Part shown: one piece after another, positions 53,683 to 64,000 of the stretch | Layout of the letters: every line of letters begins with the position of its first letter | How positions within the stretch are numbered: the first letter of the stretch is position 1 | NCBI RefSeq assembly: GCF_037042905.1 | Contig: NC_087245.1 | Span: 28,832,001-28,896,000, forward strand | From: Lytechinus pictus | Lineage: Eukaryota | Direction of reading: 5' to 3' | Length of the DNA: 64,000 nucleotides | Notes under the pieces: model-generated | Told to the model about the DNA's origin: nothing | Databases searched by the model: none | Seen by the model: only the letters and a program-made list of their open reading frames with translations | Translations under genes and position numbers: made by a program

Positions 53683-55322
53683 GTAAGTTCGCTGGCTTGT
53701 TGCCTGGCAAAACAAACATGAATGTGAATGAATGTGTTTGTGTTATGTGTGCGCCTATTTACTTTTCGGTTAGGTGTTCTTATCAATATCTGAATCTTGA
53801 AAATTGTGATTAATTAACCCCATTTGTCAATAATACTCATTATGTTGATAATGGTGATGGTGATGACGATGATGATGATGCCAAGCGTATAATAGTATAT
53901 GCAATTATAGTTGCTGCGCTATATAAATGGACAAAATTATTTTTTCTGCAATTCTAGACGGCATCCAAAATGCCCGCAATTTCCTGAATTCCTCATAACC
54001 CTAGAACCAGATCCTCGGACTACGAAATTCGAATGTCTAAACCTAAGTTTTTGAAGATAAGGAACCAAATAGAACACTTTTTTCAGACACTCTGATTGCG
54101 AAACATGCAATAACAAATATAAATCAGCTGAACTCTTAAAAACAAGATGGCGTCTTAAGTGAACACTAATTATTCTAAATTTCTCGTGTCTCAGGGGCGG
54201 ATTTACGATGTTCGAAAGGGGGGGGGGGGCGGGGCAGATTTTCCCGAGGAAAATTTGACAAGCAAAAAAAAAATGTCCTCACTTGTGTTTGAGCGACATT
54301 TTCCAATTAAAAATTTATGAGTTGCAGCGGCACTCGAAAGCTCGTGAACTTGAAAGCTAGTGAACACTTTTTGCGAGAGTGATCACGAATTTCCTTGTTG
54401 ACCATAGTAGGTTGCGAGACAAATAATGAACCTATTTAGTATGTAACGTCTTCATGGTTAACTGCAAGCAGTAGGTAGGCCTACCTTTTCGATCAGTTCA
54501 AAACGTGTATCAAAAATTTCTGCTCTCGCTTTGCATTCGTAGTATAGTTGCATACACATCTTTTTCAGGATAACAAACATTGCCGAGAATGTCCAAATTT
54601 AAGGAAAAAATACATATAATTTCAAAGAAAAATTGCTTGCGCTTCGCGCTCACATTATATAAATATGGATTATGATATATATTTATATTGATTTATAAGA
54701 ATAAAGCGAAGAAGTAACTATTACGACTACCCCTTCAAAGAAAAAAATCATGTTCGAGCGGCCGATCGGGGAAAATATGGCTGAATTTTTTTTTCAAGAT
54801 AACAAACATTGGCAGAATGTCCAAATGTTAGGGGGGAAAAAAATTAAAAAAAAATTGGCACGCTTCACGCTCGCATTATATATATAAGGATTATGAAGTA
54901 TATTTATGTTGATTTATAAGAATAAAGCGAAGAAGTAACTATTACGACTACTCCTTCAAAGAAAAAAAAATCATGTTCGAGCGGCCGATCTATGAAAATA
55001 TGGCTGAAAAAAAATTCCGCCGCCCCCCCCCCTATTTGCGAAGGCAGGATCCGCCCCTGATTATCATATATTGAGCATGCATTTTGAGACTACTATGTAA
55101 CTATGATCAAACTGTTGCAACATGGGTAAATTATGGTAATGCATACGGTGTTGGGATTCCCCGTTATTGTTCATGAATTTTGCCTTGTGATATATCTTTG
55201 ACGTGCAGTCCATGTTGAAATATACCGTTTAAATGTCAGACGCCATATTTATGATTCGTGTTATCACTGATATTATTCGATGAACAGAACCGAATGTGAA
55301 TATCAGCAGAATTAGTACCAAA

Positions 55323-55401
55323 ATGGCGGATTTGATGTTAACTTCTCTCCATATTTATCTACCAGTACTACTGATGTTGTGTAACCTAGCAACGTGTAAA
55401 T
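55323..55401 (+). CDS. Duplicated signal-peptide first exon, copy 3
   Basis: Same peptide and donor as copy 2. Confidence 0.45.
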
Positions 55402-57042
55402 GTAAGTTCGCTGGCTTGTTGCCTGGCAAAACAAACATGAATGTGAATGAATGTGTTTGTGTTATGTGTGCGCCTATCTACTTTTCGGTTAGGTGTTCTT
55501 ATCAATATCTGAATCTTGAAAATTGTGATTAATTAACCCCATTTATCAATAATACTCATTATGTTGATAATGGTGATGGTGATGACGATGATGATGATGC
55601 CAAGCGTATAATAGTATATGCAATTATAGTTGCTGCGCTATATAAATGGACAAAATTATTTTTTCTACAATTCTAGATGGCATCCAAAATGCCCGCAATT
55701 TCCTGAATTCCTCATAACCCTAGAACCAGATCCTCGGACTACCTAATTCGAGTGTCTAAACCTAAATTTTTTAAGATAAGGAACCAAATAGAACACTTTT
55801 TTCAGAGACTCTGATTGCGAAACATGCAATAACAAATATAAATCAGCTGAACTCTTAAAAACAAGATGGCGTCTTAAGTGACCACTAATTATTCTAAATT
55901 TCTCGTGTCTCAGGGGCGGATTTACGATGTTCGAAAGGGGGGGGGGGCGGGGCAGATTTTCCCGAGGAAAATTTGACAAGCAAAAAAAAAATGTCCTCAC
56001 TTGTGTTTGAGCGACATTTTCCAATTACAAATTTATGAGTTGCAGCGGCACTCGAAAGCTCGTGAACTTGAAAGCTAGTGAACACTTTTTGTGAGAGTGA
56101 TCACGAATTTCCTTGTTGACCATAGTAGGTTGCGAGACAAATAATGAACCTATTTAGTATGTTACGTCTTCATGGTTAACTGCAAGCAGTAGGTAGGCCT
56201 ACCTTTTCGATCAGTTCAAAACGTGTATCAAAAATTTCTGCTCTCGCTTCGCGTTCGTAAGATAGTTGCATACACATCTTTTTCAGGATAACAAACATTG
56301 CCTAGAATGTTCAAATTTAAGGAAAAAATACATAGAATTTCAAAGAAAAATTGCTTGCGCTTCGCGCTCACATTATATAAATATGGATTATGATATATAT
56401 TTATATTGATTTATAAGAATAAAGCGAAGAAGTAACTATTACGACTACCCCTTCAAAGAAAAAAATCATGTTTGAGCGGCCGATCGGGGAAAATATGGCT
56501 GAATTTTTTTTTTTTCAGGATAACAAACATTGGCAGAATGTCCAAATGTTAGGGGAAAAAAAAAAAAAAAAAAATTGGCACGCTTCGCGCTCGCATTATA
56601 TATATAAGGATTATGAAGTATATTTATGTTGATTTATAAGAATAAAGCGAAGAAGTAACTATTACGACTACTCCTTCAAAGAAAAAAAATCATGTTCGAG
56701 CGGCCGATCTATGAAAATATGGCTGAAAAAAAATTCCGCCGCCCCCCCCCCCTATTTGCGAAGGCAGGATCCGCCCCTGATTATCATATATTGAGCATGC
56801 ATTTTGAGACTACTATGTAACTATGATCAAACTGTTGCAACATGGGTAAATTATGGTAATGCATACGGTGTTGGGATTCCCCGTTATTGTTCATGAATTT
56901 TGCCTTGTGATATATCTTTGACGTGCAGTCCATGTTGAAATATACCGTTTAAATGTGAGACGCCATATTTATGATTCGTGTAATCAGTGATATTATTCGA
57001 TGAACAGAACCGAATGTGAATATCAGCAGAATTAGTCCCAAA

Positions 57043-57121
57043 ATGGCGGATTTGATGTTAACTTCTCTCCATATTTATCTACCAGTACTACTGATGTTGT
57101 GTAACCTAGCAACGTGTAAAT
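57043..57121 (+). CDS. Duplicated signal-peptide first exon, copy 4
   Basis: Same peptide and donor as copy 2. Confidence 0.45.
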
Positions 57122-58766
57122 GTAAGTTCGCTGGCTTGTTGCCCGGCAAAACAAACATGAATGTGAATGAATGTGTTTGTGTTATGTGTGCGCCTATTTA
57201 CTTTTCGGTTAGGTGTTCTTATCAATATCTGAATCTTGAAAATTGTGATTAATTAACCCCATTTGTCAATAATACTCATTATGTTGATAAAGGTGATGGT
57301 GATGACGATGATGATGATGCGAAGCGTATTATAGTATATGCAATTATAGTTGCTGCGCTATATAAATGGACAAAATTATTTTTTCTGCAATTCTAGATGG
57401 CATCCAAAATGCCCGCAATTTCCTGAATTCCTCATAACCCTAGAACCAGATCCTCGGACTACCAAATTCGAGTGTCTAAACCTAAGTTTTTGAAGATAAG
57501 GAACCAAATAGAACACTTTTTTCAGAGACTCTGATTGCGAAACATGCAATAACAAATGTAAATCAGCTAAACTCTTAAAAACAAGATGGCGTCTTAAGTG
57601 ACCACTAATTATTCTAAATTTCTCGTGTCTCAGGGGCGGATTTACGATGTTCGAAAGGGGGGGGGGGGCGGGGCAGATTTTCCCGAGGAAAATTTGACAA
57701 GCAAAAAAAAAATGTCCTCACTTGTGTTTGAGCGACATTTTCCAATTACAAATTTATGAGTTGCAGTGGCACTCGAAAGCTCGTGAACTTGAAAGCTAGT
57801 GAACACTTTTTGCGAGAGTGATCACGAATTTTTTCTTGTTGACCATAGTAGATTGCGAGACAAATAATGAACCTATTTAGTATGTTACGTCTTCATGGTT
57901 AGCTGCAAGCAGTAGGTAGGCCTACCTTTTCGATCAGTTCAAAACGTGTATCAAAAATTTCTGCTCTCGCTTTGCGTTCGTAGTATAGTTGCATACACAT
58001 CTTTTTCAGGATAACAAACATTGCCTAGAATGTCCAAATTTAAGGAAAAAATACATAGAATTTCAAAGAAAAATTGCTTGCGCTTCGCGCTCGAATCATA
58101 TAAATATGGATTATGATATATATTTATGCTGATTTATAAGAATAAAGCGAAGAAGTAACTATTACGACTACCCCTTCAAAGAAACAAATCATGTTCGAGT
58201 GGCCGATCGGGGAAAATATGGCTGAAATTTTTTTTTCAGGATAACAAACATTGGCAGAATGTCCAAATGTTAGGAAAAAAAAAATCAAAAAAAGTTTGGC
58301 GCGCTTCGCGCTCGCATTATATAAATAAGGATTATGAAGTATACTTATGTTGATTTATAAGAATAAAGCAAAGAAGTAACTATTACGACTACTCCTTCAA
58401 AGAAAAAAAAATCATGTTCGAGCGGCCGATCTATGAAAATATGGCTGAAAAAAATTCCGCCGCCCCCCCCCCCCCCTATTGGCGAAGGCAGGATCCGCCC
58501 CTGATTATCATATATTGAGCATGCATTTTGAGACTACTATGTAACTATGATCAAACTGTTGCAACATGGGTAAATTATGGTAATGTATACGGTGTTGGGA
58601 TTCCCCGTTATTGTTCATGAATTTTGCCTTGTGATATATCTTTGACGTGCAGTCCTTGTTGAAAGATACCGTTTAAATGTCAGACGCCATATTTATAATT
58701 CGTGTAATCACTGATATTATTTGATGAACAGAACCGAATGTGAATATCAGCAGAATTAGTACCAAA

Positions 58767-58845
58767 ATGGCGGATTTGATGTTAACTTTTCTCCATATTT
58801 ATCTACCAGTACTACTGATGTTGTGTACCCTAGCAACGTGTAAAT
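58767..58845 (+). CDS. Duplicated signal-peptide first exon, copy 5
   Basis: MADLMLTFLHIYLPVLLMLCTLATCK plus GTAAGT donor. Confidence 0.45.
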
Positions 58846-59716
58846 GTAAGTTCGCTGGCTTGTTGCCCGGCAAAACAAACATGAATGTGAATGAATGTGT
58901 TTGTGTTATGTGTGCGCCTATTTACTTTTCGGTTAGGTGTTCTTATCAATATCTGAATCTTGAAAATTGTGATTAATTAACCCCTTTTGTCAATAATACT
59001 CATTATATTGATAATGGTGATGGCGATGATGATGATTTCGAGGATGATGATTTTGGCGATGATGACAGTGATGGTGATGAAAATTAAAACCCATGTAATT
59101 CAGCGGACAGCGGACCAACGCCTTTCAATCATCTCCGAGGTATATCATAGCGTTATGAGCGTGCATGTCTTCCGAGGCCGAGGAAATTATTATTTTATCT
59201 GAAACCCACCGTGCCGATGGATTGCAATATCTCTATTTATTAACTTAGCTATCGCACATAATACATGTAATATGATAATTAAACGATATGATCACAATAT
59301 TGAAAAAAAACAATAAAACTAGTTATTACGATGAATGGTGAAGATATTAATGATGATGGTGATGATGACGTCGACGATGATGATGATGGTGCTGACGATG
59401 ATGATGATTATAATGATAATGCCGGTTTTGGAAATAATCGAATTAGCGAAATAATCATTAACAAAAATATTCATTGCCATTTCAAACACAAAATTATATG
59501 AAAAATAAACTTTTAATAATGATCAGCAGGCCCGTAGCCAGGAATTTTCAGAGGACGGTGCATAAGTCAAGAAAATGTTTTTTAATACAGTTTGGTAAAT
59601 AAATAGTTCACATTATATTTCATCAGTGTAGTATAAGGAGTGTTTCACAGCTAGACCTAAAAACAGTGACATTCTATGCATTTTTTGTAGTAATGAACAG
59701 CAACAGGGTGGTCATC

Positions 59717-60251
59717 CCCGGGGGGGGGGGCACTCGACCAAAAAAGTGGTAGGGATGTGCCGCGGGCGAGGCAAAAAACGGGGGCCTTGGAGCGGGCTTA
59801 TTGTAAAAAGGAGGGTCCTCGGAACGGGCTTCGGAACTACAAATGTTTGTGATAACTGGGGTCCTCGGAACGGATCTCCGTATCTCTGTGAGTGCGTATG
59901 CATCCCTATGGAACGGGCAATCGTGCATGACGCAGCTAGCGCGACCTCCGCCGGGTGCGCTCGCGCTAAGGCGATGGTCGAAAAGCGCTCTACGGCCGCT
60001 TTTCACCAAAATTGTAGCAGATCAATGCGACCGGAACGGCGTAACGAAAAATATGCGAAGCTTTGGAGCTGATTTCTTTCTTCTTTTTTTCTCAATAAGA
60101 AGGAAATGCTATGCCTTGGAGCGGCTTTCTTTGTTCTTTTTCTCAATAAGACAAAAATGCTATGCCTTGGAACGGAAATTTGAGTGTAAAAATGGGGGTC
60201 CCCTCCGCGGCACATACCCACTATGCATTATATACTGAGTGCCCCCCCGGG
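59717..60251. mobile_element. 535-bp non-autonomous DNA transposon, recent insertion
   Basis: Ends CCCGGG(G)nCACTC / GAGTG(C)nGGG with 8-bp TSD TGGTCATC (59709-59716, 60252-60259). The paralogous unit has the empty site near 51540. A degraded relative lies near 7700-8026. Confidence 0.92.
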
Positions 60252-61493
60252 TGGTCATCTTTCTAAATGAATAATGCAAGCGCAAAGGGTGGGCTGAAAC
60301 TTTTTGGTTATTCGATTTTTCAATATGAAACTGCAAAATTTTAAGCACTTTTGTAATAATAAACAAGATCATAAAGATCATTTCTACTTAAACAATTATG
60401 CGAACGCAAAGCGCGAGCTTATTTTTTTATTTTATGAACTTGACACTCTATGCACTTTGTGTAACCATAAACAAGATTGGTATATACCTACAGAGTAATG
60501 CGAGTGCAAAGCGGATATTTAGTCACAAGCTTAATTCAGGATGGTTCTAGAATTATGTCTAGAATAATTTATATACTAAAGTTCCCAATTAATCCTAATT
60601 TTATCTAGCTTTAAGCACCTGTATGTCGGCGTGTCTACAGCCGGGTAATGATAATACACCGCCCTATCACACGGTGAAAAAATTGTAATTGAATGATGGT
60701 TCCAGTGATAAAATGAGCCAAAATGACGTATTTTAGTACGTGTAAAACCAAGCTAGAACATGATTCGAATCACGACCGCCTGCAATCATCATTACAATGA
60801 TGATTCAAGATTCGCGTGTAAAAAGGCTGACAATCAAGTACCAATCGTATTATAGTATATGCAATTATAGTTGCTGCGCTATATAAATGGACAAAATTAT
60901 TTTTTCTGCAATTCTAGATGGCATCCGAAATGCCCGCAATTTCCTGAATTCCTCATAACCCTAGAACAAAATCCTCGGACTACCAAATTTGATCGAGTGT
61001 CTAAACCTAAGTTTTTGAAGATAAGGAACCAAATAGAACACTTTTTTCAGAGACTCTGATTGCGAAACATGCAATTACAAATGAAAATCAGCTGAACTCT
61101 TAAAAACAAGATGGGGTCTTAAGTGACCACTAATTATTATAAATGTCTTGTGTCTCAGGGGCGGATTCACGATGTTCGAAGGGGGGGGGGGCGGGGCAGA
61201 ATTTCCCGAGGAAAATTTGACAAGCAAAAAAAAATGTCCTCACTTGTGTTTGAGCGACATTTTCCAATTGCAAATTTATGAGTTGCAGCGGCACTCGAAA
61301 GCTCGTGAACTTGTAAGCTAGTGAACACTTTTTGCGAGAGTGATCACGAATTTCCTTGTTGACCATAGTAGATTGCGAGACAGATGAATACCCTCTAGCG
61401 ATTATTTCAGTCCGCAATAATGATCCTATTTAGTATGTAACGTCTTCATGGTTAACTGCAAGCAGTAGGTAGGCCTACCTTTTCGATCAGTTC

Positions 61494-61839
61494 CTTTTTT
61501 TTTCATTTAGGTTTTATTTCCACAAATCCGTTATGTTACAAAACTTTGATAACTTAACTGACATAAGTAAGCTGAGCAACCATTACACACGTAGACTATA
61601 TATTATTAAATGTAGATAGCAAGCATTCTTAATCACTACATATTAATACATGTTTAAGTACATAAAAAAACGGAAAAGCGGAGGAAACCTTAGAAGCAGA
61701 ATGCTTGTAGATAAGGTTCCCTTTTTTATACATTACATTTGACATTACTACTTAGTAATAATACACGTGACAACATTTTATCAATTAAATTACACCCCCA
61801 AAAACAACACAACACAGAAACGTGACAAAAAACAAAGAA
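61494..61839 (-). mobile_element. Short 5'-truncated retroelement tail (LINE 3' UTR-like), recent insertion
   Basis: Absent from the other four MITE copies and flanked by an AGTTC duplication. Has a T-run and TTTATT at the left end and a stem-loop AACCTTA..AAGC..GCTT..TAAGGTT. Confidence 0.7.
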
Positions 61840-62660
61840 AGTTCAAACGTGTATCAAAAATTTCTGCTCTCGCTTTGCGTTCGTAGTATAGTTGCATACA
61901 CATCTTTGTCAGGATAAACAAAAATTGCCTAGAATGTCAAAATTTAAGGAAAAAATACATACAATTTCAAAGAAAAATTGCTTGCGCTTCTCGCTCGCAT
62001 TATATAAATATGGATTATGATATATATTTATGTTGATTTATAAGAATAAAGCGAAGAAGTAACTATTACGACTACCCCTTCAAAGAAAAAAATCATGTTC
62101 GAGCGGCCGATCGGGGAAAATATGACTGAATTTTTTTTTCAGGATAACAAACATTGGCAGAATGTCCAAATGTTAGGAAAAATAAAAAATAAAAAATAAA
62201 TTGGCGCGCTTCGCGCTCGCATTATATATATAAGGATTATGAAGTATATTTATGATGATTTATAAGAATAAAGCGAAGAAGTAACTATTACGACTACTCC
62301 TTCAAAGAAAAAAAATCATGTTCGAGCGGCCGATCTATGAAAATATGGCTGAAAAAAAATTCCGCCCCCCCCCTATTGGCGAAGGCTGGATCCGCCCCTG
62401 ATTATCATATATTGAGCATGCATTTTGAGACTACTATGTAACTATGATCAAACTGTTGCAACATGGGTAGATGGTAATGCATACGGTGTTGGGATTTCCC
62501 GTTATTGTTCATGAATTTTGCTTTGTGATATATCTTTGACGTGCAGTCCTTGTTGAAAGATACCGTTTAAATGTCAGACGCCATATTTATAATTCGTGTA
62601 ATCACTGATATTATTTGATGAACAGAACCGAATGTGAATATCAGCAGAATTAGTACCAAA

Positions 62661-62937
62661 ATGGCGGATTTGATGTTAACTTCTCTCCATATTTATCTAC
62701 CAGTACTACTGATGTTGTGTACCCTAGCAACGTGTAAATGTAAGTTCGCTGGCTCGTTGGCTGGCAAAACAAACATGAATGTGAATTATGAACGTATTTG
62801 TGTAATTTGTGCACATAAGTATTTAACGGTTTGGTATTCCTAGCAGTAAATGAATCTTGAAAAATTGTATTTTTATTAACCCCATTTATCAAAAAGCTAA
62901 ATGTTTTCTTCTTTTTCTTCTTTATCAGATCTTATAG
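62661..62937 (+). CDS. Gene D 5' end (partial): signal-peptide exon 62661-62739 plus candidate 9-nt microexon 62929-62937; secreted or type I membrane protein continuing beyond the window
   Basis: AAAATGGCGG start context, hydrophobic MADLMLTSLHIYLPVLLMLCTLATCK, GTAAGT donor, then a long polypyrimidine tract and CAG-ATCTTATAG-GTAGTA (phase 1-1, encoding Y-L-I). Confidence 0.6.
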
Positions 62938-63067
62938 GTAGTATAATAAATAATATCTTTTGTATTGATGATGGTGATGAAAATAGTGATGATGACAATG
63001 ACGACGACGACGATGATGATGAAAATGGTGATGGTGGTGGCGGTGATGATAATGATAATGCTGACGA

Positions 63068-63247
63068 CAGTGGCGTACCTAGGATTTTCCACAGGGGGGG
63101 CAAAACCGTCCGCCCAAAAATTTGACAAGCAAGGTCTTCGATCATAAATAAAGGATTTCGTTCCAGAAAAAAATTGACAAGCAAAAAAAAAAAAAAAAAA
63201 AAAAATCGATCATAAATAAAGGATTTCGTTCCAGAAAAAAATTGACA

Positions 63248-63284
<37 letters not shown>

Positions 63285-63329
63285 TCTTCGATCATAAATA
63301 AAGGATTTCGTTCCAGAAAAAAATTGACA

Positions 63330-63364
<35 letters not shown>

Positions 63365-63502
63365 TCTTCAAGCTCGTCAAGGGGGGCAAAAAAGGTTTTT
63401 CAAGTCCGTCAGGGGGGGGCAAAGATACGTTTTTGCATGGGTTGTGACTCGTCAGGGGGGGCAGAGTGCCCCCCCTGCCCCCCCCCCGTAGGTACGCTAG
63501 TG
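63068..63502. mobile_element. hAT-type MITE with internal poly-A-linked tandem repeats
   Basis: CAGTGGCGTACCTA...TAGGTACGCTAGTG with a perfect 8-bp TSD GCTGACGA (63060-63067, 63503-63510), inserted in a (GAT/GAC)n microsatellite. Confidence 0.88.
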
Positions 63503-64000
63503 GCTGACGATGGTGATGATGATGGTGGTGGTGATGACGACGACGACGATGATGATGGTGGTGGGGATGATGATAATGATTTGTTGATGAGGGTGGTGAT
63601 GATGATAGAGATGATGATGGTGACGATGGTGAAAAGTAAAAAAAAAAACTTTAAAAGTAAAAAGAAAAAAAAAAACCTAATTCAGATATTGGTGGGTATT
63701 ATACCCGACTGGTCACAGCCACCAGCTGAACGGCTTTCAATCATCTCCGAGGCATCGGTATATGTGTAACTTCATGCGTTACGCATCCCAAACCCACCGT
63801 GCCCATGGAGTGTAAGATATCAACTTAGCTATCTCGCATCCTATAATCATAACCACGATATAATAACATCATTAGTTATAGTCAAAACATCAGCTGCATT
63901 GAAAATAATTATTATAATAATGAGTGATAAAGAATTAAAGATAATAATGATAGAGAAAACGATGATGATGATGATGATGATGATGATAACGACGATACTG

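Larger units (their letters stand above)
50271..62893 (+). repeat. Tandem segmental array: long unit (~3.06 kb), three short units (~1.72 kb), long unit with insertions (~3.9 kb), terminal copy
   Basis: The same signal-peptide exon starts at 50540, 53604, 55323, 57043, 58767 and 62661 (spacings 3064, 1719, 1720, 1724, 3894) with near-identical flanks. Confidence 0.95.

Noticed and set aside
53577..53813. Repeated 78-aa Cys-rich ORF (MNISRISTKMADL...) as a small-protein gene family
   Set aside because: It reads through a consensus GTAAGT donor, most copies start at GTG, and the post-donor part is (TG)-rich intron-like sequence that diverges in copy 6. A signal-peptide exon explains it better, though transcript data are needed to exclude it fully.

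Overview
AT-rich, repeat-dense animal DNA with spliceosomal introns; a sea urchin-like marine deuterostome is inferred from the SINE and MITE types, not proven. The ORF track is mostly uninformative, so genes were rebuilt by hand from GT-AG sites and intron phase. Gene A (+, 3476-21956, 8 exons, 443 aa) is a type II membrane protein with a long Pro/acidic cytoplasmic tail and one SEA domain but no protease. Gene B (-, 11283-16742) is a secreted EGF-EGF-CUB-like gene nested antisense in gene A intron 5, with an apparent frameshift. Gene C (+, 26649-45233, 11 coding exons, 782 aa) is a type II transmembrane serine protease (TM-SEA-mucin stalk-trypsin) and a paralog of A. From about 50.3 to 62.9 kb a tandem array repeats a putative promoter plus signal-peptide first exon six times; it belongs to gene D, which runs off the window, and the unit junctions sit at a hAT-type MITE terminus. 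The rest is MITEs (several with target-site duplications, TSDs), tRNA-derived SINEs, LINE fragments, fold-back palindromes and microsatellites.
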